DNA of 64,000 nucleotides from Candidatus Micrarchaeia archaeon (GTDB taxonomy: Archaea > Micrarchaeota > Micrarchaeia > CABMEP01). Positions 57,205-64,000 of the stretch are shown here, piece by piece. A program made the translations under genes and the position numbers. The notes beneath the pieces are model-generated. The model was not told the DNA's origin, ran no database searches, and saw only the letters and a list, made by a program, of their open reading frames with translations. Each line of letters starts with the position of its first letter. Within the stretch, counting starts at the first letter, position 1. The stretch lies in assembly GCA_038881595.1 (NCBI GenBank), contig JAVZPM010000001.1:128001-192000 (forward strand). The letters are read 5' to 3'.

Positions 57205-59220
57205 ATGAAAATATTAATACTAGCAGAAAAACCTTCTGTAGCACAAAAGATAGCATATGCAATCAAAAAAGATTTCAAAACATTAACAACTAAATATTAT
57301 AAAAAAGTAAAATATTTCGAATTAAAAAACGATAAAATTTCTACTTATGTAGTTCCAGCAGTAGGTCATTTGTTTACATTAAAAGAAAAACAAAACAAAT
57401 TACCAGTATTTGATCTAGAATGGGTTCCTGCTTATAAAATAAATAAAAACACATATTATACTAAAGATTATTTAGAAAATATAGAGAATTTGATCAAAGA
57501 TGTAGACTTAATTATTAATGCAACCGATTTTGATATAGAAGGAAGTTTAATAGGTTATAATATTATAAGAAAATACAGTGATATCAAAAAAGCAAAGAGA
57601 ATGAAATTTTCAACTGTAACCCCACAAGAACTTTATAATTCATATAAAAATTTAATAGATTTTGATATTTATAATGCATATGCAGGTGAAGCAAGACATA
57701 CAATAGATTGGTTTTATGGTATTAATCTAAGTAGATCTGTAATGAATGCTATTAAAAACGCTGGAAGATATAAATCTCTTTCTATCGGTAGAGTCCAAGG
57801 ACCAATGCTTCATTTTCTCGTTCAAAGAGAGAAAGAAATAGAAAATTTTAAGCCAGAACCTTATTGGGTTTTATATTCTGTAGTAAAAGATATCGAATTT
57901 TCACATGAAAAAAATCCATTCAAATCTAAAACAGAAGCAGAGAAATCAAAAGAAAAAACAAAAAAGAAAGGAATAATAAAATTAGAAGAAAATGTAAAGA
58001 AAATATATCCTCTACCTCCATTTGATTTCACATCTTTACAAACAGAAGCCTATAGAATTTATGGTTTTATTCCAGTTAAAACACAAGATTTATCACAATC
58101 ATTATATGAAAAAGGAATGATAAGTTATCCAAGATCTTCTTCTCAAAAATTACCACCCCAGATAAATGTAAAAGAAATAATACAACAACTTTCTTTAAAT
58201 CCTGTTTTTTCTACATTAGCAAATAAAATAATCAAAGAAAATAAATTTAAACCGAGAGAAGGTAAAAACGAAGATGTTCATCCAGCTATACACCCAACAG
58301 GACAAAGAGAAAAGATAACTTCAGATGAAGAAAAAATATATAATTTAATAGTACATAGATTTCTCGCTTCGTTTGCTGACCCAGTAGAAATAAAAGAAAT
58401 ACAAGTGACTTTAGATGCAGGAGAAGTATATAAAACAAAGTTATCAGAAATAACGAGAAAAGGATGGTATGAGTTTTATCCATATATGAAGGAAAAAGAA
58501 GATAAAAACCCATTCAAAAATAGTGAAGAAGTCGATATAACAAAATTAATAATTAAAGAAAAGAAAACAACCCCACCACAAAGATACACACCTGCATCTA
58601 TATTACAGCTAATGGAAAAAGAAAACATCGGAACAAAAACAACAAGAGCAATAGTTTTGGATACTTTATATAAGAGAGGATATATTACAGGAAAGCAAAT
58701 TACTGTTACACCGTTGGGTAGAATAATATATGAAATTTTCCAAAAATATTCACCAAAAATTTTAGACCCAATCTTAACAAGGCAATTAGAAGAAGAAATG
58801 GAAAAAATACAAAATAAAGAAATCTCAAAAGATAAAGTAATAGAAGATGCTAAAGAAATAGTATCTGCAATCGTAAATGAACTAACAAGACACGAGAAAG
58901 AAATAGGATTAGAATTAAAGACGAATTTAGAGGAATCTGAAAAATTCGCTAAATGTAAATGTGGTGGATATCTTAAAATAATAAATTACAAAAATAATAA
59001 ATTCTTAGGTTGTAGTAATTATCCTAAATGCAGAATTACATTTTCATTACCTTCAACACATCTTTTTACATATGCTGGTCAATGTGAAATTTGTAATTCG
59101 CCAAAAATTTGGGTTATTAAAGGAAAACAAAAATATCAAAAATGTTTAAATCAAAATTGCGAGTCTAATTCAAAATTAGAAATAGAAAAAGAAAAATCAA
59201 CAAAACCATCTAGACAGTAA
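57205..59220 (+). CDS. topA: DNA topoisomerase IA with C-terminal zinc ribbons
   Basis: AEKPS, ATDFDIEG, SIGRVQGP, catalytic ISYPR, HPAIHPT, IGTKTTR and Cys pairs near the C-terminus. Confidence 0.96.
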   Translation: MKILILAEKPSVAQKIAYAIKKDFKTLTTKYYKKVKYFELKNDKISTYVVPAVGHLFTLKEKQNKLPVFDLEWVPAYKINKNTYYTKDYLENIENLIKDVDLIINATDFDIEGSLIGYNIIRKYSDIKKAKRMKFSTVTPQELYNSYKNLIDFDIYNAYAGEARHTIDWFYGINLSRSVMNAIKNAGRYKSLSIGRVQGPMLHFLVQREKEIENFKPEPYWVLYSVVKDIEFSHEKNPFKSKTEAEKSKEKTKKKGIIKLEENVKKIYPLPPFDFTSLQTEAYRIYGFIPVKTQDLSQSLYEKGMISYPRSSSQKLPPQINVKEIIQQLSLNPVFSTLANKIIKENKFKPREGKNEDVHPAIHPTGQREKITSDEEKIYNLIVHRFLASFADPVEIKEIQVTLDAGEVYKTKLSEITRKGWYEFYPYMKEKEDKNPFKNSEEVDITKLIIKEKKTTPPQRYTPASILQLMEKENIGTKTTRAIVLDTLYKRGYITGKQITVTPLGRIIYEIFQKYSPKILDPILTRQLEEEMEKIQNKEISKDKVIEDAKEIVSAIVNELTRHEKEIGLELKTNLEESEKFAKCKCGGYLKIINYKNNKFLGCSNYPKCRITFSLPSTHLFTYAGQCEICNSPKIWVIKGKQKYQKCLNQNCESNSKLEIEKEKSTKPSRQ

Positions 59221-59236
59221 AAAAATTTCAAAAAAT

Positions 59237-59647
59237 TTAAACGACACGTATACTTAATTCTTTCTTAACTCCATTAAGAATATAAGAATAAGTTCTATAA
59301 TGAACATATACATTTATTTTAATTGGTATATTACCTGGATTAGTCATAACATTAGACCAAATCGGAACGATTACAGTGTATTCATCACCTTTATTTAAAT
59401 ATCCAATGCGAATTTCCTTTGTCTTATGTATTCCAGTTTGATCCATTGCAAGTCCATTTCCCACTTCTATTGCAACAGAGCTTAATACTGTTTCATTAGT
59501 TATATTTTTTATTCTGATTTCTAAATCACATCTATCTATTTTATGGGCTGAAAGACGAATAGGATTTATCCTAGTTTTTACTTCATATGGGACTTTTTTA
59601 GCAACACTACTAACGTCTTTTTTACCGAATAAATCTAAAATACCCAT
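59237..59647 (-). CDS. Hypothetical beta-rich (Ig-like) cytoplasmic protein
   Basis: 136-aa ORF with a GGTGTGA RBS, alternating beta-strand pattern and no signal peptide. Confidence 0.65.
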   Translation of the reverse strand: MGILDLFGKKDVSSVAKKVPYEVKTRINPIRLSAHKIDRCDLEIRIKNITNETVLSSVAIEVGNGLAMDQTGIHKTKEIRIGYLNKGDEYTVIVPIWSNVMTNPGNIPIKINVYVHYRTYSYILNGVKKELSIRVV

Positions 59648-59799
59648 ATTATCACACCATAATATTAAGAAAATTTTTAATATAATTAATCATATTTATT
59701 AAAGAGTTGAATTTAAATTGTTTTCTATCTTTCCGAATGCAATTGAATAGATTTTTAAATATTATATATAATAGTGATTATATATACGAGGTGTTTTTA

Positions 59800-60015
59800 A
59801 TGGGAAAGAAAATAGGAACTGAAAAGATAAATAGAGAAGACGGATATCTCTACTATGTCGGAAAAGATGGATATGTTTGGAAAGCGCCAATGAAGGCTAA
59901 CAAAAAAGGAAAGAAAGCAAAAGTAGGAACAGAAAAGATTACAAAGAAACCAGGCTTCATGTACTACGTCGGAAAGGACGGTTATGTATACGAAGCAAAA
60001 ATGAAGAACGCATAA
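59800..60015 (+). CDS. Small basic protein made of two tandem repeats
   Basis: GAGGTG RBS before the ATG at 59800. 71 aa with two copies of K.GTEKI....G..YYVGKDGYV..A.MK, followed by a T-rich tract. Confidence 0.85.
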   Translation: MGKKIGTEKINREDGYLYYVGKDGYVWKAPMKANKKGKKAKVGTEKITKKPGFMYYVGKDGYVYEAKMKNA

Positions 60016-60169
60016 GTGTTTCTATTTTTTTATTTATTCTTGTTTTTCATTTATTTTATTGTTTTTTTATATAATTTATGTCTAATTCTAAACTTCTCAG
60101 GTTATAGAGTTCTATTTCAATTCATAAATTAATTTTAAAATATTAGATTAAAACAAGTAAAAATTAAAG

Positions 60170-60242
60170 TGGGGTCGCTGAGATTTGAACTCAGATCAAC
60201 AGCTCCCAAAGCTGTCAGCATACCAGGTTAGCCCACGACCCC
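60170..60242 (-). tRNA. tRNA-Pro(TGG)
   Basis: Reverse complement GGGGTCG...ACAGC-TTTGGGA-GCTGT...CTGAG-TTCAAAT-CTCAG-CGACCCC-A. Confidence 0.95.
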
Positions 60243-60308
60243 AAAATAAATAGTAATATATTATATATGTAGATTACTTTTTTAAACCATTATGGAGCAT
60301 TATATGTT

Positions 60309-60653
60309 ATGAAACAAGTAATTGTTTTTAGAGAAGATTTAAAGATAGGTAAAGGAAAATTAGCAGCACATGCAGCACATGCAGCAGTAACTGGTTTTCT
60401 TAAAGTAGAAAAGAAAAATAATCAGTTAACTACAGAATGGTTAAATTCAGGTCAAAAGAAAGTAATATTAAAAGTAAAAACAGAATCAGATTTAATATCA
60501 TTATATGAAAAAATCAAAAACATTATACCATCTGAATTAATCAGAGACGCAGGTCTTACACAAGTAGAGCCAGGTACAATTACCTGTTTAGTAATAGGAC
60601 CATGGTATGATGAAGAAATAGATAAGTATACAAAAGATCTTAAATTATTATAA
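60309..60653 (+). CDS. pth2: Peptidyl-tRNA hydrolase Pth2
   Basis: KQVIVFREDL..GKGKLAAH, GQKKVILK, DAGLTQV and IGP. Confidence 0.95.
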   Translation: MKQVIVFREDLKIGKGKLAAHAAHAAVTGFLKVEKKNNQLTTEWLNSGQKKVILKVKTESDLISLYEKIKNIIPSELIRDAGLTQVEPGTITCLVIGPWYDEEIDKYTKDLKLL

Positions 60654-60685
60654 AACGAGTAGGTGTTTTACTCGTCTATTGGTTT

Positions 60686-61015
60686 TTATTCTTCCTTTTT
60701 ATTTCTTTTTATGTCACTATCTAAATTTACTAAATCTTCTTCTTCAATAAAATTTATAAGTTCCTTTATTTTTTCCGCTATTTTAATACCTTTTTCAGTA
60801 AGTGCTACATATCTAAATTTCTTATCTTTTCTCGTCATTAAAAGACCTAAATTTTCAAGTTTCTTAATTATATTCATCACATGAAGAAAACTAAAACCAG
60901 TTTTTTTACATATGTCACTAATCTTTACTCTTTCTTCTTGAAGTAATAAATTCAATATTATCCCATTTGTTTTAATAAATAGGTCATCTTTTCTTTTACT
61001 CTTATCATTTGCCAT
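60686..61015 (-). CDS. Winged-helix (MarR-like) DNA-binding protein
   Basis: ISDICKKTGFSFLHVMNIIKKLENLGLL..VALTEKG. Start moved to the ATG at 61015. Confidence 0.8.
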   Translation of the reverse strand: MANDKSKRKDDLFIKTNGIILNLLLQEERVKISDICKKTGFSFLHVMNIIKKLENLGLLMTRKDKKFRYVALTEKGIKIAEKIKELINFIEEEDLVNLDSDIKRNKKEE

Positions 61016-61079
61016 AAATAATAGGAAAGAAGTAATATTTTTAAATATATTATTACATATTAGATTAGAGGCGATAAAT

Positions 61080-61400
61080 ATGTCAATCCGCTTAAGTAAA
61101 CTATATGGAATGGATATATTTTCCGATTCAGGAAAATACCTTGGAAAGGTATATGATATTATTGTTGATGTGGAGAAAGGAGAGGTAGTTAGACTTACTC
61201 TTGAGAGCATCCACACAGCATCTAGAGAGGAGGCACAAAGAATAATAAAAGAGAAAACAGTTCTTTATAAGAACGTTAGATCACTCGAAGATGTGATTGT
61301 GGTTTCAAAAGGAGCAAACCAAATGCAATACAGTTATACACCACCACAGTCTACATCTAGAGAAGATGAGGGTTCATCGAACCTTTCTTTCCTTAGATAA
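61080..61400 (+). CDS. PRC-barrel protein (CdpB-like)
   Basis: LSKLYGMDIFSDSGKYLGKVYDIIVD..GEV..YKNVRSLEDVIVV. Confidence 0.85.
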   Translation: MSIRLSKLYGMDIFSDSGKYLGKVYDIIVDVEKGEVVRLTLESIHTASREEAQRIIKEKTVLYKNVRSLEDVIVVSKGANQMQYSYTPPQSTSREDEGSSNLSFLR

Positions 61401-61498
61401 ATTCTCTTTATTTTCTTTTTGTTTTATCTATTTTCTACTTTTTTACATTCGAATTTAGATATACATAACCTTTTAAATTAATCTGACAAAATATTCTT

Positions 61499-62098
61499 AT
61501 GTTCATAGTCTTTGAAGGAATAAATGGTTCTGGAAAAACAAAACATGTTCATGCATTTATTTCATATTTAAAGAAAGTAGGGAAAAAGGTTAAACTTTAT
61601 GAATATCCTGATAAAGCAGGAATATTTGGAAAACCAATTAAAAACTTCTTAAATAAAGATATAGAATTATCATCAGAATCTCAATTTCTATTATTTCTTG
61701 CAGATATAATGAAAGATCAAGATTATATAAAAAAAGATTTAGAGAAGGGATATTGGGTTATCGCAGATAGATATGTACTTACGACGATCGCATTTCAAAG
61801 AATAAATTATACAAAAGCAAAGGAACTAATAAACACAATAGGAGTAATCAAACCTGATTATATTGTTTATCTTTCAATATCTCCAGATATTGCAATAGAA
61901 AGAATGAAAGGAAAGAAAAGATATACTAGATTTGAAAAAGATGAAGAATTTTTATTGAAAGCAAATTTAAGATATAAAGAACTCGCCAGTGAGGGCTATC
62001 TCTCTAAATGGATAACTCTTGAAACAGTAAAACCTTTTGAAGAAGTAAGACAAGAATTAGTAAAAAAGATACTTAACCATAGAGATCAAAATCACTAG
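61499..62098 (+). CDS. tmk: Thymidylate kinase
   Basis: FIVFEGINGSGKT, LLFLAD, DRY and KPD motifs. Confidence 0.92.
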   Translation: MFIVFEGINGSGKTKHVHAFISYLKKVGKKVKLYEYPDKAGIFGKPIKNFLNKDIELSSESQFLLFLADIMKDQDYIKKDLEKGYWVIADRYVLTTIAFQRINYTKAKELINTIGVIKPDYIVYLSISPDIAIERMKGKKRYTRFEKDEEFLLKANLRYKELASEGYLSKWITLETVKPFEEVRQELVKKILNHRDQNH

Positions 62099-62167
62099 GA
62101 ATAAAAAGAGAGGAAGATATTTATTTCTTTTTGTATATATTATATTCTACTAGTTCTTTTTCTTCAA

Positions 62168-62242
62168 GCTCCGATCGTCTAGCCCGGTCAAGGACGCAGC
62201 CCTTTCAAGGCTGAAACTCGGGTTCAAATCCCGATCGGAGCA
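62168..62242 (+). tRNA. tRNA-Glu(TTC)
   Basis: Acceptor GCTCCGA/TCGGAGC-A; anticodon arm CAGCC-CTTTCAA-GGCTG; TCGGG-TTCAAAT-CCCGA. Confidence 0.95.
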
Positions 62243-62375
62243 CTAATTATTAAACAGAGATTCATTAATGACTATTAAAAAAACATTCAACTTACTTATA
62301 GAAATAAAATAAGAATGAAAAAATAATTCAAAATACAAAAAAGAAAATAAAACAATTTCAAAATTAGCTAATAAA

Positions 62376-63590
62376 TTAGCTAAATAGAAGCTTAAGATAG
62401 AATAGAGGAGAAGAGAAGTTCTTCTTTGCTTCTTCGTTCACTATCATAGATGTAATTTCTTTTCTTATTTCTGGGTTTTTTGCTGCTTTATCTATCACTA
62501 AATTAAGAAGAAATTCAATCTTTCCTAATCTCTGCAGTAAGTAGCTCATCTCAAGCTCGCTCTTTAACTCTCTTTTTATTTCTTCTTCATATTCGCTTAA
62601 TATTTTCTTACTATAAACACCCATTCTGAGTGCTTTACTTATGGTTCTGAAAGCCAGCTTTCCGCTTAGCATCGCATTACCCATTCCCTCTCCAGAGAAA
62701 GGATCTATCAAAGAGGCCGCATCTCCGATCAAAACCCATCCATCTCCAGCTATATGTTTTCTTATCTTTGAACCCAACGGAAGGTTCCATCCTTTGATCT
62801 CGCTTATTAGTCTTGCATTCTTGAATCTTTCCTTAAACATCGGATTTTCCTTAATCTCTTTTTCCATTAGTTCTTTGAGATTGATGTTCTTAGCCTTTAC
62901 GTCTTTTGTAAGCATTCCTAATCCCACGTTTGCAGTTCCATCTTCATATGGGAATATCCAGAAATAGCCAGGTATTGCTGTCTTTGTGAAGTGAAGCTCT
63001 ATAACATCTTTCATTCCAGTTACTCCATCATAATATCCTCTTACTGCAACACAATGGTGCGCAGGATCAACTTCAAATACACCTACCTTTTGTGCAACTA
63101 CAGACATTGCACCATCTGCACCAACAACAACATTTGCATAATATCTCTGCTCCTTTCCATTCTTATCTTTACCTATAACACCTATCACTTGTTCGCCATC
63201 TTTAATCAAATCAGTCACAGTAAATTCTTCTAAAGTGTCAACATACTTCTTTGCTGCCTTAAATAGAATGTTATCAAGTATTTCTCTTCTACATACAAAT
63301 CCTTCTTGACCTTCGGTTCTGATTTCAAGGATTGTTCCTTTTGGTGATGAGAATATTACTCCATTGTTGACTCCATGTGCAACTTTCTTAATCTCAGGTA
63401 GGATTCCTAATTCCCTGAGAACAGAAATAGATTTTCCACTACAAGCATCTCCACATGTCTTATCTCTTGGAAACTTCGCCTTATCAATTAAAAGAACCTT
63501 TCTTCCTTCTCTTCCTAGGAAGTTTGCACACACAGACCCAGCAGGTCCTGCACCTACAATGATTACTTCATATTTGTTAGTAATTGCCAT
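62376..63590 (-). CDS. Geranylgeranyl reductase family FAD oxidoreductase
   Basis: GAGPAG, PRDKTCG, GADG, GYFWIFP and IGDAASLIDPFSGEG. Confidence 0.92.
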   Translation of the reverse strand: MAITNKYEVIIVGAGPAGSVCANFLGREGRKVLLIDKAKFPRDKTCGDACSGKSISVLRELGILPEIKKVAHGVNNGVIFSSPKGTILEIRTEGQEGFVCRREILDNILFKAAKKYVDTLEEFTVTDLIKDGEQVIGVIGKDKNGKEQRYYANVVVGADGAMSVVAQKVGVFEVDPAHHCVAVRGYYDGVTGMKDVIELHFTKTAIPGYFWIFPYEDGTANVGLGMLTKDVKAKNINLKELMEKEIKENPMFKERFKNARLISEIKGWNLPLGSKIRKHIAGDGWVLIGDAASLIDPFSGEGMGNAMLSGKLAFRTISKALRMGVYSKKILSEYEEEIKRELKSELEMSYLLQRLGKIEFLLNLVIDKAAKNPEIRKEITSMIVNEEAKKNFSSPLFYLKLLFS

Positions 63591-63635
63591 TTTTTCACCT
63601 ACAAATAGATGATATTATATGTAATTCAAAATAGA

Positions 63636-63655
63636 TCACAGAAAATATTCTGTGA
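63636..63655. promoter_or_regulatory. 8-bp inverted repeat between the 23S rRNA 3' end and the GGR gene
   Basis: TCACAGAA-AATA-TTCTGTGA. Confidence 0.3.
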
Positions 63656-63769
63656 ATAATATATTATGTAAATAAAGGAATATAAATATATCAGTCGCAA
63701 AGAGCTTACGCTAAGAGTATTAAAAATAATAAGAAGATAAGTTTGAGTGAAAGACACGAAGAGATTTGT

Positions 63770-64000
63770 GAGCAAGGAGATTTAGTATCAGCTGGCTCGC
63801 AGCTCGCGTAAGCTCGCTGCTTACACCACTGACCTATCAAACGGGTCTGCTACCCGCTCTCACGTCTGCCTAGTTTTGGGCAATCCTTCGACCTTAGATG
63901 CTTTCAGGTCTTATGATTTGGCGCGTGGCTGCCCGGCGATGCTTGTTACAACCGGTACACTAGAGGCGCCCGTCCCATGTTCCTCTCGTACTAGTGGGGC
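63770..64000 (-). rRNA. rrl: 23S rRNA, 3'-terminal part (partial; 3' boundary approximate)
   Basis: Sarcin-ricin loop CTAGTACGAGAGGAAC (reverse complement at 63979-63994), CTGAAAGCATCTAAG and GATAGG..TACTAA 3'-domain motifs, with a sharp rise in GC content. Confidence 0.95.

Noticed and set aside
59800..60015. Assignment of the small basic protein to crenarchaeal Cc1 or Cren7
   Set aside because: The sequence does not match those families as I recall them, so it was left unassigned.
1034..63612. Many antisense or nested ORFs in the track (e.g. 3320-3784, 8492-8944, 26739-27200, 29151-29681, 34472-34972)
   Set aside because: They are shadows of well-supported genes on the other strand, with Ser/Phe/Ile-rich composition and no motifs.
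1..64000. CRISPR array, cas operon, transposase, integrase or tRNA-anchored att duplication
   Set aside because: No regularly spaced repeats, recombinase motifs or duplicated tRNA 3' ends were seen. The possible Cas2-like ORF has no cas neighbours.

Overview
AT-rich archaeal chromosomal window, most likely a DPANN archaeon of the Micrarchaeota type. This is inferred from a single-chain epsilon-type tRNA splicing endonuclease, DPANN-style class III pilins (KKGQAAMEYLMTYGWAILIV), archaeal SRP54, PolB, aCPSF1 and proteasome genes, and GGTGA ribosome-binding sites. Most genes are housekeeping: tRNA modification and processing (Trm5, Taw1, TrmI, TruD, EndA, RtcA), PpsA, GdhA, PolB, TopA, Map, Pth2 and Tmk. 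There are five tRNAs (one with a 52-nt intron) and the 3' end of a 23S rRNA. The most notable region is a 12-kb minus-strand cluster (10646-22518) with six tandem, highly diverged paralogous polytopic membrane proteins that resemble CedA/VirB6. They are followed by a bitopic protein and a large lipoprotein, and no ATPase is linked. This is a candidate undescribed envelope-spanning DNA-transfer or host-contact apparatus. Other points of interest are a bacterial-type two-component pair whose regulator carries a degenerate GGDEF-like domain, a structured GC-rich leader or ncRNA before rtcA, a palindrome-flanked small ORF before topA, and a small basic two-repeat protein. No CRISPR array, integrase or transposase was seen. 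All family assignments come from recognising motifs by eye; no database search was run.
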